Source: Chrysemys picta bellii (lineage: Eukaryota). Taken from it: a stretch of DNA of 64,000 nt. Shown piece by piece: positions 15,799 through 28,686 of the stretch; the first letter of the stretch is position 1; every line of letters starts with the position of its first letter. The notes beneath the pieces were generated by a model that saw nothing but the letters and a program-made list of their open reading frames with translations, made no database searches and was not told where the DNA came from. The stretch is taken from NCBI RefSeq assembly GCF_011386835.1, contig NC_088804.1, forward strand, positions 38,006,001-38,070,000. The letters are read 5' to 3'. The position numbers were made by a program, and so were the translations under genes.

Positions 15799-16970
15799 AT
15801 CACTGAGCAGAAAAGGTTTCCTAAAGCCCTGAATTCTTTTACGTTTATTTATACAGATTTGTCAGAGAAAACACTTATGCAATCAACTGCCGTAGCGAAG
15901 AGAGAACGCATTTGTATCTGCCCAGCAATACATCTGTAACTATTCAGAAGGGAGCATCCTAATTTGTTCTGCTTTCTGGCTGGCACAGTAACAGTCAATT
16001 CTGACTGTGGATGTATAGCAGTAGCATCCAACCCAAGCAGATTAGAACCTAAATTCATAAGCCTTCTCCCACCACCACCCTTTAAAATAAACCTAGGTTT
16101 CATTGTTCCCATGACCCTGTAGTCCACTTGATACAGGAATGTTCAGATTCTTGAAACTCTGTCTTCCCTGAGTCATTTTTTGAATATTTGAATTCTATAA
16201 ATAATAATAAATACTGTAATTTAATGTCCCATTAAAGTTAAGAGAGAAAAATGCTGTTTTGAATAGCATAGGGAAGTGAAATTCAGTGTAAAGATTTTAC
16301 ATTGTTCTGTTCATAAACTACTGGATTTAAATGAAACTGTAATTGGTTGTGGGGCTTTTTTTATTAATGTGTTTTTTCCAAATATAGCACGCAATCAAAA
16401 GAAAGACCAAGATATTTCTATAAACTTTTTGGACTACACTGTGTTCTCAGTTTTTAAGCACAATTCCCCACTGATTTCCACTTTAAAATTTATGGCACAG
16501 CATGTCCCTTTGTATATTTAATTTCAGGAAGAATATCGCCATTGTTCATGAATTTGGGCCATGCAATCATTTATATTGTTCTTATTAAAACTGAGCTAAA
16601 AGACACCTTGTAATCCCCAGCTGCAGACTGCTGGATTATAACATAACAGTTGCCCACCAATGAGGACATTTCAAAAAAAAGAAAGTAGAGCCAAGAATAT
16701 CATACCCAGAAACTCACAAGAGGATACTTAATTTAAATCAAACCTTCCACGAAGGCTCCTTATTTGGAATAGGGCAGAATTCTATAACAACACTCCACCG
16801 CCCCAAAACTTGAAGGCTCAGTAATCCTGCTGGTTTTGAGAACTGCATATACAGTAGAATTTGGCTGATGGATATATGCATGACAGGGAAGAACCCCAAT
16901 TAACAAAATGTCCTTTATAGCATAGGATCCCATCCTGCAATCCTTAATTAGAACAAAATCCCATTGACTG

Positions 16971-17270
16971 GAAGAACAAACATACTGACTCAGACCAATG
17001 ATCCATCTAGCCCTGTACCCTGTCTTCCACCAATGCCAGGTGCTTCCGAAGGAAGGAACAGAATAGGCAACCATCAAGTGATCCATCCCCTGTTGTCCAA
17101 TCCCAGCATCTGGCAATCAGAGGCTAGGGACACACAGAGCATGGGATGACATTACTTACCATCTTGGCTAATAGCCATTCTCCATTAATGTATCTAGTTC
17201 TATTTTGACCTTCACAACATTCCCTGATAACGAGTTCCACAGGTTGACTGTGCGTTGTGTGAAGAAGTAA
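16971..17270 (-). mobile_element. CR1 LINE 3' fragment
   Basis: Reverse-complement relative of 2667-2982 (GGCTAATAGCCATT, GAGTTCCACAGGTTGACTGTGCGTTGTGTGAAGAAGTA). Confidence 0.7.
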
Positions 17271-17594
17271 ACTTGAGTAAAAACGTCAAGATCAGGCTCA
17301 GAAATTAGTATTTTTATCAGATGCATAAGTAAGTACAATGCTGTGTAAAGAAATCATGCAGCTAGATACATTTTATCCTCTGTGCATTTTAGTTGCACTG
17401 GGGTAATTGCAATTTAATTTTATGGAGTGTAAGAGCATGCCTATTCTTCTCCCACCAAGGAGTCGAGCCCAGACCCTTTCCCCACCTGCTATCATTTGCT
17501 GCTGTGAAGGTAGTTTTGCAGCTGAGTGCTGAATGTGAAATTGCTGTTACTTCACAGAGGCCAGAAATAAGAGAGGAAGGAAAACCTTGTGGTT

Positions 17595-17790
17595 GAGGTG
17601 CTGGGCTCGGAAGCAGGAGAGCTGGATTTGATTCCTGGCTTTGCCACAGATTTCCTGGGTGACGTTGGGTAAACCATTTCCCACTCTTACAAGCATGTAC
17701 TTAATATTCAGAGGACAACTGCAGTGTCAGGGTTTTAATCTCCCCATTGTTCACTTCCCCATCTGTGAAATGGGGATAATAACGCTTCCT
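17595..17790 (+). mobile_element. MIR/CORE-SINE
   Basis: GATTCCTGGCTTTGCCACAGATTTCCTGGGTGACGTTGGGTAA...TTCCCCATCTGTGAAATGGGGATAATAA. Confidence 0.65.
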
Positions 17791-18299
17791 GCCTCAGACA
17801 GCTCATTGCCGGAAGCCGGGTTAGAGTCCTAGGCGAATCAAGAGTGAAAGAACTTTTAAAATCCAATTATTTGCTCTCATCTTGGTCAATGGCAATGGGT
17901 GATGCCAGCTTCTCTTTTTGTTTCACTATCCCCACCCCGGGTATTGCTGACGCCCAGGTTTCATCCGCTGCAGGGGCTGTATAGAGAGTGTCTCTATTTG
18001 TCTTTACCACAACTGCTTGGGAGTGGATTCCTTGCCCGGGTTTAGTGTTGCTAAGAGCTCCGTGTGACGCTCTTGCCACTGGGCATCTCGCAAATGCCCA
18101 GTTTTTGGCAAGGACATTTTGGCCCTCTTGGAGACACCCATAGGCGCCGGCCCAGAACTAGGGTGCTGCAGTGACACACCCCCTGGCTTGAAGTGGTTTC
18201 CATCATATACAGGGTTTACAGGTTGGTTCAATGGCTTTCAGCCCCCCACTATACACATTGTCCCAGCTCCCCTGGAGACACCCTTGGGCCAGTGGCTTG

Positions 18300-18900
18300 A
18301 GCAGAAGTGGGAGTGAGAAGACGAAGCGTCTATTCCCTGCCCTTGTGCAAGTCCCTTCAGCGGGGGTTCGCCTCCCACCCAGCCTGTGAGCTCTGCGGGG
18401 CGGGGGCTGGCTCTCCCGGGGGGGTTGTGCAGCGCCGCGCGCTGGGGGGCTTCCGGGCGCCACGGCAACCAGCAGTCGGGTTGGTTGTGGGCGGGGCGCT
18501 TCGCTGGAGATCCAAGCCAGCCCCACCCCCTGCGTGTGGATCCGTCGGGCTGAGGGTTCTTGTCCGCTCCCGGCCGCCGTAGTCCCTGCAGACACGTGGC
18601 GCCGCCAGCTGATGGGTACAGGAGGGGGGCGGTACCGGGCAGACACACACGGCGTCTCCCGCTGCTCAGGGGACATGGAGGCGGGGGTGCGGCTGAGCGC
18701 TGGTGGGAACTGCCGGGAGTCCCCGGGAAGGGGCTTTGGGGGGGCGATAGCCCCAGGGAGGGGGAGACTAGACAAAGGGGAAATGGGGGCCCCCGTATTG
18801 AAGGGGAGGGAATTGTGCAGGGGCTCCGTCCCCACATTGATCGCGGAGGTCAGATCAGGGGGTGCAAAGCTTCTCAGTACCCTAATGCATAGACAACGAG
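18300..18900 (+). promoter_or_regulatory. MTHFSD: MTHFSD CpG island promoter
   Basis: High GC and CpG; GC boxes GGGGCGGGG near 18398 and 18490; E-box CACGTG near 18593; surrounds the first coding exon. Confidence 0.75.
18675..18702 (+). CDS. MTHFSD: MTHFSD coding exon 1 (MEAGVRLSA + G)
   Basis: ATG in GACATGG context inside the CpG island; phase-1 donor G|GTGGGA matches the phase-1 acceptor of exon 2, giving [17 protein letters not shown] (human recalled as MEPRAGVSKQDIR). An alternative ATGG|GTACAG near 18612 is possible. Confidence 0.6.
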
Positions 18901-19091
18901 GAGTCCTTGTGGCACCTTAGAGACACATTTATTTGGGCATAAGCTTTTGTGGGCTACAGCCCACTTCATCAGATGCACCGGGTTCTAACCCACGAAAGCT
19001 TATGTCCAAATAAATTTGGTAGTCTTAGGTGCCACCAGGACTCCTCGTTGTTTTTGCTGAGACAGGCTAACACGGCTACCCCTCTGAAACC
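18893..19091. mobile_element. Short Penelope-like palindromic element in MTHFSD intron 1
   Basis: Same arms and tail as 15155-15798 (ACAACGAGGAGTCCTTGTGGCACCTTAGAGAC ... GGACTCCTCGTTGTTTTTGCTGAGACAGGCTAACACGGCTACC). Confidence 0.75.
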
Positions 19092-19323
19092 TGTCTAATG
19101 CATAGAGCCCTTTGTGCAATTCAGCGGTCTTCCTTCCCTGTGGAAATAACTGAAGTAGCTGAGATACGCAAGGGCAACTTTCACGGTGGCTGTCCAGTGT
19201 GTCCCCCACACTCTGTTACGGTGAAACACTCACCTTTATCTCACTGGCCTGGCACTCTGCTGTATATTATATTCATTCATCCTTGCCTTGATTCTGCTCC
19301 TGCTCCTTATTGCCTTTTGTAAG

Positions 19324-19427
19324 GTGTCTCCAAATGGGATATCCGGACGAAGATCTGGGACTACATGGAAGCAAATAACCTGGCTGATTTCCCAAGACCA
19401 GTGCATCACCGGATCCCCAATTTCAAG
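19324..19427 (+). CDS. MTHFSD: MTHFSD exon 2
   Basis: AG|GT GTC TCC..., reads [34 protein letters not shown], donor GTATTG. Confidence 0.95.
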
Positions 19428-19779
19428 GTATTGTGGTTTTTTCAGAAATGAACAATATATATTCCTGTCATATGCAAAACAAAACATTCTCTTGGCTGGA
19501 AACCCTTAAAAATGAAGTGAATATGTTGCATTTATGAAATACAAATGGGTTATTCTGGTGTATATCAGAAATTGTTTGTCCATCATGCATCCCAACAGTC
19601 TGCACAATTAGTGAATAACCATAGCACCTGGGATGGATTGGGGGGGAAAACCCATCAGATTGGCAAATATAACTGAAAAACTTGAGGGGTTTTGTACAGT
19701 TCTTATTCCTAAATGCTGAATGGGATAATAATATCTTGCTCTTATATAATGCTTTTTATCAGTAGATTTCAAAACACTT

Positions 19780-19930
19780 TACAAAGGAGGTCAGTATCAT
19801 GACCCCATTTTACAGCTGGGGAAACTGAGGCACCGAGATGCCCTGCCCCAGGTCCTCCAGCAAGCCAGCGGTGGGGACAAGAATAGAATCCAGGTCCCCC
19901 GAATCCTAGTCCTGTGCTCTCTCCCCTAGG
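19780..19930 (-). mobile_element. MIR/CORE-SINE
   Basis: CCCCATTTTACAGCTGGGGAAACTGAGGCAC...CCCCAGGTC...AGAATCCAGGTC. Confidence 0.7.
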
Positions 19931-21125
19931 CCACACGGTCTATAATGTGGTGCTGAAATAGGGTTGTGTAAATGATGGCAGGTGTGTAGAGGTAACTGGG
20001 CAGTGGTGGCTGAGCCATATTTTCTGCATAGGAAAGCTGCAGCCGTAATGCCGCCAGGTCACTGGGCAGGGAGAAACGGGAGTGTGGTCAGAAGTGGCAC
20101 TTAATGTACCTATAAAATCTAGCATGTCCAGCACTAGCGTCAAAATGCACAAGGGCGTGGGGCCATGGCCGTTCTATCAGCCTGCCCAGTGACTTGTTGT
20201 TTTGATGTGCAGTCATTCTCAGGGAGCGGTGGCTGTAGCATTGCGTCTGCTTCCAGTGTTGGTATACTGAGTGAGAGGAAGGTCTTTCCATTCTCTAGTG
20301 CACCTGCACAGTGGATTTGGCCACTAAACATTAAGAGCTGTGTTACAACTCTGGCTACAGTTTTGCTCAGGGGAATAATAAGTAGGTGTAATGAGCTCCC
20401 AGGCTTCCTCGCATGGGCTATCAGTATCATGGGTAACAGTACAAGGGGGAGAATGGCTGCCACCAAGCCACTGCTTCCCCTCCCATAGAGGTGGATGGAG
20501 AATGAGTGGGCAGGGAATGAACCCAAGGCACCAGCCTGTCCTGTTGAGTTGGTGCAGGGGGGAAGCAACTCCCCCAAGAAGAGGGCTGGTGTGGCTTTAC
20601 TTCCTCCTGAAACAAGGGGACTGAGGCACAATTCAGTCCCTGCTCTGCTTCTGGGGTAGCATCGCTGGCGCTAGCCCTTACTTGGGGTGGACTACAAGGT
20701 GCCAGTTGAGTACCCGCTAGTGATTATCAATGGGAGCAAGAGTTGCAGGTACCCAACGAGTCCCATGAGGCACTTGGATTTTAGTCTGGGTGGTTATGAG
20801 TATTTGAGACATCACCAATTTAGCAAGAAATTCTTGGTCCAGCGGGTCAGCGTTAGAAGTAGGGAATTAAATTGCATTGCTTGATTGAAGGTGGGAGTTG
20901 CCTCTCTTGGATTTGGAAGGTTGTGAACAGTTTGATGACATGCTGCTGTCTATGAAAACAGGGTGCTTCGCATGCTGCAAGTAGGCTCCCAGGTTTACAG
21001 GAATTCAAAACTGCCAAGACCATTAAAATAAACCCTGATGCTCCCCAGAAGACTGCTCGCTTTCTAACCCTGGAAGTAAGTGCCAGTATTCCTTTTCCTG
21101 TTTAATGGCTGTTCCATTGATGCAG

Positions 21126-21239
21126 GGGTCTCACCAGGCTTGCCATGCTGTCCGAGAGCTTGACGTGTTCAAAAGAACAAGTGAGATTAAAGTGGACCCT
21201 GACAAACCACTAGAAGGAGTTCGGCTAGTGACCTTACAG
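21126..21239 (+). CDS. MTHFSD: MTHFSD exon 3
   Basis: [38 protein letters not shown]; AG and GT boundaries; 114 nt. Confidence 0.95.
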
Positions 21240-21339
21240 GTAATTGAACCTCCCCTGAGTGAGGGTGATGCAACCCCAAGTGCTTGAGCAGACCACGTTG
21301 TCCAAGGTTCTTGACATTTATATGGCACCAGCCACATGA

Positions 21340-21445
21340 AAGCTTTACAAATAAGTGTTACAAATGGAGAAACTGAGGCACTCGGCAAGTCGGTGGGAGA
21401 GTTTGGAATAGAACTCAGGAAAACCAGCCCTCTGCTCTCACCATT
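21340..21445 (-). mobile_element. MIR/CORE-SINE fragment
   Basis: TTACAAATGGAGAAACTGAGGCAC...TGGAATAGAACTCAGG. Confidence 0.55.
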
Positions 21446-22031
21446 AGATACTTTCCCTCCTGTATACATTAGCTGGTACATGACACTTTTCACAGCAGAA
21501 TGAAAGTATTCTCTGCATAGCTGTAAGTCTTCAGGGTACAGCTACTACAATAGCTGTGGGATAAAAATGCCTCTCATAAAGCCCCCATGGCTTTGGGTCA
21601 TGTCGTGATACAAACTTGCAAACGCTTAAATAAATCCAGGTTGAATTGCATCCATAACATTAATGTAACATCTCTCAATATGCCCCATTTCACATTGACT
21701 GTCTGGATCAGCACGTGACGGAAACTAGATTCTTCCACTGTCATTGTTGAGAATGATCTTACATTTAAATTAGTTCATCCAATGTCTTGTTCATCTTTGA
21801 AATAAATAATCTCTGATTTCATTGACTTGCTTATTAGAAAGGTTTCATTTGCAAGCATTAAGAATTATTTATTTGTACAAATAGTAATTCTGTATTTTTT
21901 GCCCAGAGGAGCATTGGTCTTTGTGCTCAAACACATGGCAGTAAAGGATTTTTTTTTTATATATATTTAAAGAAAAATAAGCCTGTCCCCTAATTCTGGC
22001 GTGTAACTGTTGATGGTTTCTGTTATCACAG

Positions 22032-22145
22032 GCAAGGAAAACTTTGTTGGTTCCAACACCGCGACTGAGAACTGGGCTGTTTAATAAGATTGTCCCACCA
22101 CCAGGAGCAACTAAAGAGATCCTGAGAATATGTGCAACCTCTCAA
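22032..22145 (+). CDS. MTHFSD: MTHFSD exon 4
   Basis: [38 protein letters not shown]; AG and GT boundaries; 114 nt. Confidence 0.95.
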
Positions 22146-22184
22146 GTAGGTATCAGAAGTGGGGGAAACTATGTCAAAAGAGCA

Positions 22185-22340
22185 CAGCAGTGGCCTTATA
22201 GTTATGATTCTGGACTGAGGCTAGGGAGATCTTCACTGTGTGGCTTTGGACAAACCATTTCATCTTTGCGTGCCTCTGCTCCCGCTCTGTAAGAACAGAG
22301 ATGATAGTATTTCATTTCTGTCTTGTGTCTTTAGATTGTA
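22185..22340 (+). mobile_element. MIR-like SINE
   Basis: CTGTGTGGCTTTGGACAAACCATTTCATCTTTGCGTGCCTCTGCTCCC...TGTAAGAACAGAGATGATAGTA. Confidence 0.5.
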
Positions 22341-24115
22341 AATTGCTCAGCGATGGGCTAGCTCTTGCTAGATGAATGTGTAATGAGCGCAGTTGGGGCC
22401 CCAACCTCTAGACACAACCATAGCACAAATAAGAGAAAAGGCGAACCAAAATGTATTGTTGAGATTCAGAAAAGTATAGTGAATGTTTTTATCCTTGTTA
22501 TTTTTCACTTTCATGCACTCCTCCACTCCCTGTTGGGGCCTGGGACTAACACACAGAAGACTATACTCACGCTAATGCCAGCCTAGCCGGAAGCCGGACG
22601 TTTCAGGCCTGTTACCAGATAGCTGGTGCTCACAGGATTTCGGCCCTTGCTTTGCCTCCCCAAAAAGTGTGGATAAGCTTGAAATAAGCATCAACTTTTT
22701 GCATATTCATCTGAACCATACAACTATTTAGAGATGCACCATCGCTTTGCTCTTTGTTTTGGATTTTCAGTGCAGAAATATTCATTCTCAATGGCTTTAT
22801 TTACCTGGATCACCGCAAGAAAGTTTCAGAGGCTGTATTTACACACTTAAAAACCTCAGTCTGACATACATTGTTTCTGCCATCTCTTGCACAGTTGAAC
22901 TTTTGTGCTTAGAAAACCTAGAGGGGAGAGTATTTAATGTTTAAAACTGGTTGCTTAATCTGGGTAATAAAATGTTTATGGTGGTTCATACTTTTTGGGG
23001 GGGGAGGTTAAGGGCAGATCTTTTACCCTTTTGACTCTTAAAGAAATGAACAAAAAGCATCCAAATTAACTAATTTCTGTCACTCGGTTGATGTGTGGGG
23101 GAAAAAAAACAATTCTGAGTGGATCTTTTTTTGTTGTAAAGTGGTGCTTTGCTGCCCCCTCGTGTACAAATGTCATATTCCATAGCTGAGTGAATATGCC
23201 ACAGAATCCTGTATTATTTTACCTATTTCTAGAATTTAAAACAAATATAGCATTTTTCAATTAATTGTCTTAAAATGTAAAAAATTTAAAATTATTGGCC
23301 ATCAATCCAAACACAGACTCCTACATATAATTGGGGGACTGAAAATGTGTGACACTCTAAAGTGAGCGTCTCTGTTAACAGTTCTCTTAAGACTGTTATT
23401 TTATTAAAACTGATAAGAGTTGGAAGTTGTACTATGTCATTCAAAAGATAACTTTCTCTTGACCTGCTGCCCAGTCTCATATCTGACCTATGACCTTTCT
23501 ATCACGTCAGTGCTATTTTTCAGGCAGACAGGTGCTAGTGAATAAAGTCGTAATGTGTCTCATGCACCTTGCATTCACAGAATACAATACAAACAATCCT
23601 CAGCAAATCTCTGGGAGATAGGCAAGTAAATATTATTCTCTCCATTTTACAGATGGAGAAACTCACCCAAGAGTTATTCTTCACTGGCCTTATTTTATGC
23701 TAGGCTTTAAACATTTGTTTTTCATTGTGGGTGTCAACCTAACATAAAGAACAAAGGTTTCTCACCTGGATCAGATGTGTGACAAGTGTCTGCCTTATCC
23801 TTTACAAACATGTGAATTACCTTGAGTTAATCTCGAAGTAAAAATATCTAACAAAGACAAAACTAAAGAAGTGAAACGCTCCCATTTTGAGTGCCTCCCA
23901 TTTTTGGGTGTCCAGGTTGAGACACATTGGATCTGATTTTCAGAGGTGCTGAGTATCTATAGCTCCAGAAATCTGTCTTGAACAAATGCTGTGGAGAGGA
24001 GAGGGGGGGGAAAACTGTTCATTACATTTGGCAGTGACATGTACCTCCATACCCTAGGCTCTGAAGTAGAAGGGCTTGCTTCAGGTATCTCAGCTTGACA
24101 TCATTACATCAGAGA

Positions 24116-24753
24116 TCATAGAATATCAGGGTTGGAAGGGACCCCAGGAGGTCATCTAGTCCAACCCCCTGCTCAAAGCAGGACCAATCCCCAACTAAAT
24201 CATCCCAGCCAGAGCTTTGTCAAGCCTGACCTTAAAAACCTCCTAAGGAATGAGATTCCACCACCTCCCTAGGTAACCCATTCCAGTGCTTCACCACCCT
24301 CCTAGTGAAAAAGTTTTTCCTAATATCCACCCTAAATCTCTGCCACTGCAACTTGAGACCATTACTCCTTGTTCTGTCATCTGGTAACAGTGAGAACAGT
24401 CTAGATCCATCGTCTTTGGAACCCCCTTTCAGGTAGTTGAAAGCAGATATCGAATCCCCCCTCATTCTTTTCTCCTGCAGACTAAACAATCCCAGTTCCC
24501 TCAGCCTCTCCTCATAAGTCATGTGCTCCAGACCATTAATCATTTTTGTTGCCCTCCGCTGGATTCTTTCCAAATTTTCCACATTATTCTTGTAGTGTGG
24601 GGCCCAAAACTGGACACAATACTCCAGATGAGGCCTCACCAATGTCGAATAGAAGGGAATGATCACGTCCCTTGATCTGCTGGCAATGCCCCTACTTATA
24701 CAGCCCAAAATGCCATTAGCCTTCTTGGCAACAAGGGCACACTGTTGACTCAT
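24116..24753 (-). mobile_element. CR1 LINE, 5'-truncated, with ORF2 C-terminal remnant
   Basis: ORF 24232-24762 reads [18 protein letters not shown]...[16 protein letters not shown], typical of the CR1 ORF2 C-terminus; 3' tail TTCCAACCCTGATATTCTATGA on minus. Confidence 0.92.
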
Positions 24754-24859
24754 AGACATCAAAATGTGACAAGGAAGGAAAGTTCAGGAGAATATGTGGG
24801 TCATACTGGAGCATGCATTGAGGGATAACTAGTGTGTAGAGACAGTCTGTCTAGTGGCT

Positions 24860-25485
24860 AATGCATAAGACAGGTAGCCAAGTGATCCAGATTCTATCCT
24901 TGGCTCTGTTACAGACAGGCTTCTTGTATGACCTGGGGAAAATAGTTTAGAGTTTGTCTACACATAAAAGTTAATCCAGAATAAGGTAATGTGTGAATTG
25001 ATAGCGAATTATCTATTCCTGATTAACTCTGGCCTACTCTACACTTAAAAATTAGATTGACCTGGCTTTGTCATTCAGGGCTGTGAACAGTTTCAATCCT
25101 GAGAGCTGTAGTTATGTGGACCTAATCCCCAACGGCGGAAGAATTGTTCTGTTGACCTAGCTACTGATGGATTAACTACGTTGACTGAAAACTTCCTTCT
25201 GTCCACAGAGGAAGTGTCCATGCTATGGTGCCAGAGCATAGCTGCAGCACCATAATTGTGCCGCTGTAGTGTAGAGATGCCCTATGTGTGTGGACATCCT
25301 TATTCCAAATAAGACTGCATTATTCCACCTTAGTTAAAGCCACTTCTACATCTGCACACACAGTTAATCAGGAATAAATCCCCATGTAGACAAGCCTGTA
25401 ATGTCTCTAAACTTCAGCTGTCCCATTTGTAAGCCGAAGTTAACACTTCCCTATTTCACAGATGTATTGTGAGGATTCATTTAAC
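24860..25485 (+). mobile_element. MIR-like SINE split by a hairpin MITE (MITE about 24951-25396)
   Basis: MIR-like 5' part ends at 24950 and resumes at about 25400; the insert has TIRs AGTTTGTCTACAC and ATGTAGACAAGCC. Confidence 0.55.
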
Positions 25486-25893
25486 AATTTTTAACGCACT
25501 TTGTGATCCTTCTGTGACTGGCGCGATGCATTACTCTTCCGTGCCATCCGCCAAGATTTTCAAAAATAGGAGCCTGATGTTGGGTTTCAAATACAAATTT
25601 CAGCTGCTCAGTAACTAGCTTGGTTTTCAGAAGGGCTGAGAAGCCACAGCGTCTATTGAAATATGCCAAAAGTGTCAACGTTTTAGCCGAAAATATAGTG
25701 CAGAATTCTAACTCGCTGGATGCTTCGAGAATAACTTCCCAGACTTCTGATAATTGGCTGTGTACGGGAAGGGACATTTCAGAGCTTGGTTATTTATTTG
25801 GTTTGAGCAAAAGAGGCTTGATGATTTTTAATGATGATGATGTTTTACTGAATTGGAAGTGAAACATCCTTAAAATCATGTTTTTCTTCTTAG

Positions 25894-25984
25894 GGGATAA
25901 AGGATTACAGTGTGCCTATAGGTCTGGACGCAAAAGTCCAAGTGGATCTGGTTGTTGTAGGATCGGTGGCTGTTTCTGAAAAAG
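25894..25984 (+). CDS. MTHFSD: MTHFSD exon 5
   Basis: [30 protein letters not shown] + G; phase-1 donor GTAGGG. Confidence 0.95.
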
Positions 25985-26687
25985 GTAGGGGTAAAGGTTG
26001 TTAGACATGTTAGAGTTGGGGAGGTTTTGGGGGATAGCAGGATATCAATTTCTCTGTCTTATATTTAAGGGTAATCCCTTTCCATGTGAAGCGTTAGTGG
26101 TCTCACTCCAGTTTCTGAAGGCTGGTGTCTACATTACAAAGATGCCATCACTATTTGTTCCCTCTGCTGGGAGTTTAATAGTGGAGTTACACCAGCCAAT
26201 GTGTTGTATGTGCACAGTGCATCTTCAACAGGGTTCTTCTGGGTGCATTGTGTTTTCAGTTGAACAGTCACGAGGGCAGATCTTCTCTCCCTGTAGAGAT
26301 GGTTCCTCCAGGACAAAGCAGAGGCTTGTTGGGTGAGGGGGGCAGCACAAAGGTCTTGCACTGCAGCTGCCCATTCTCCACCTATTTGTGGGGTGACCTC
26401 GGTATGGCAGCTGTCCGTGCAAGACCTTTCATTAGCATTACATTCACTTGCAAAAAAAAAAAAAACAGTCCTCTCTTTCTGAAGCCTTTAAGCTGTCTTC
26501 TTCAGACTTGGGTTAACCGGTACTGACTCCTGAATCCAGCCTGGTGCAGATGGGCTCTCAGAATCGGTTCAAGTGCCAGACATCTGTTGCCTTTTTTACA
26601 AGCATTCTACTTAATTATTGCCATCTCTTGCACTCTGTTGCCCTCCAGTGTTAATTAACTAGCTCGCTTTTTATTGGTACATTTTAG

Positions 26688-26800
26688 GTTGGAGAATTGG
26701 GAAAGGGGAAGGTTTTGCAGATATGGAATATGCAATGATGATGTCAATGGGAGCCATCAGAGAGGACACCCCGGTAGTTACTATCGTGCATGACTGCCAG
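26688..26800 (+). CDS. MTHFSD: MTHFSD exon 6
   Basis: [37 protein letters not shown], including the GKGEG motif of the 5-formyl-THF cyclo-ligase-like fold; donor GTGAGC. Confidence 0.95.
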
Positions 26801-27488
26801 GTGAGCTGAAGAACCTCTGAAGCCGCATCTGCAACCATTCAGTACCTTGCATTATAGGCGTGTATTAAGCAGCTGAGATTAGAACTGGATGGAATTTTGG
26901 GGACAAATTATTTGCCCCAAAATGCCGTTTCAGGATGAGTGAAACTATTTGGAAATTGAGGTCAAATTCGTCTGAATAAAAAATGAAGCAGTGGGTGGGG
27001 GAGGGAGGAGTCAAAGTCAAAACGCTTCGTTTCGACCTTTTCAGAAGGAGACATTTCAACTTTTCATTTCAAACCAACATTTTGTTTCCGAAATCTAGCT
27101 TAATGCCTTTAGAAAATTAAAATAAGGTAAAAGGCACCCCAAAACAAAGCAATAAACCAAAACAAAAATACTATTTCAGTTCGAATGAAACAATATTTTT
27201 TCAGTTTCTTATTTCGGCGAGGAAATCCCCCAAAATGTAAGCTTTGGAACAACCCCAAACAAATTTTTCAGTTCAACCCAGTTGTAACAGTTGTTAAGTA
27301 GTTGCAGAGCAGGACTGACTTGTGTCTAGATCTGGGGTTGTTTCAGTGTAATCTGCTTATCTTGTCATCTTAAGTGAGAGATTTTGGGTATCTGGGAAGC
27401 TGTCTGGAATGAAACTTTCCATGCGAAGTCACAGTTCTGGTGGGGTTGTTTTAATTACTTACCAAATTTCTCTTCCCTCCGGTTGTAG

Positions 27489-27614
27489 GTGGTTGACATT
27501 GCAGAAGAGCTGCTTGATGACCATGATTTAACTGTGGATTACATCCTCACTCCAACAAGAACCATTAAAACAGGCTGCAAACGACCAAAACCACAAGGAA
27601 TAATATGGCATAAG
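27489..27614 (+). CDS. MTHFSD: MTHFSD exon 7
   Basis: [42 protein letters not shown]; donor GTAGGC. Confidence 0.95.
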
Positions 27615-28599
27615 GTAGGCTACTTCTGCTAACGATGATTTATTGGTACCAAATGCTTGCTTCTGAAACTAATGATGTACCTTCTCCGTCTGTACATCAT
27701 TAATCCTTCTGGAATATGTATCCTCTGAATATCTATGAAAACTGCATCTCCAACTAACAAACTCTGTATATAGCCAGTGTGAACATTCCCGTGGCCTCCC
27801 GATAGTGGTGATGAAATAAAAACAAGTAAAGAAAGTGGAATCAGGTTGCCGTCTGTTGTATTAGAAACACTAGGAAGGTGAGGGACATGTTTGGAAAATG
27901 GAAATAAGCAAAGACACATTGTTTTCAGGTGTCTGTGTGGTTGTTGTAAATGATAGTGGCAAAAACGAGACATGTATTTGCAGGTGAGGTGTCCTATCGT
28001 GTAGATTTCAGGTTGCATCATATGGGGACAGATTCTCAGATGGCTTAAATTGTCATAGAGCTGCAGAATGCAGTAAAGCTATGACAACTGACAGCATCCG
28101 AGGATCTGCCCCACAGAGTACGTCTTGCCTCATGAATACTTGTTGAAGTGGATTCTGTTCCTTTTCATGAGACAATGCAGCAGGGAGAGCTTCATGCCAT
28201 AAATCCAGAGAGGAGTGTCTGCCAGGCCATCTTCGCAGGAAAAGTAAGTGTATGTTTTATGAATTAGTGGTAGGGACGTTGGTTTTTGCATTGCTGCTAG
28301 TGGTTAAGTGTGGGATTTATTTTAAAATATATAGATCGAGCTTGTTGAATAGTGCAGGAAGGGATTTCTAAATACTTTCATGCATCAACATGATGCATCC
28401 GCGCTGCTGGAGTTATTTTGGTTGATTGTTAATTTGGATGATCACCACTTTTTTCACAGAGACGTTCACAAATCCAAACAGTTTCACAAATGTTCACACG
28501 AATGATTTTGTCTGAAAGTTCATATTGGAAAGGGCTTTATTTATAATCTGATTTTTATTGTTTTCCTCTTTAAAAGTCTTAAGTCATCTGACCTGGAGA

Positions 28600-28686
28600 A
28601 GAGGTCTGTGTCACCTTGAAAGCTTGCTTCTCTCACCACCAGAAGTTGGTCCAATAAAAGCGATTACCTCACCCATCTTGTCTTTC
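28600..28686. mobile_element. Half copy of the GAGACAAGGTG palindromic family
   Basis: GAAAGCTTGCTTCTCTCACCACCAGAAGTTGGTCCAATAAAAGCGATTACCTCACCCATCTTGTCT. Confidence 0.55.

Noticed and set aside
18203-18920. Overlapping 90-210 aa ORFs in the MTHFSD CpG island
   Set aside because: Stop-poor GC-rich DNA with Pro/Gly/Arg-biased translations; only 28 coding nt are supported.
24232-24762. 176-aa ORF as an independent gene
   Set aside because: It is a 5'-truncated CR1 ORF2 remnant with the CR1 tail attached.
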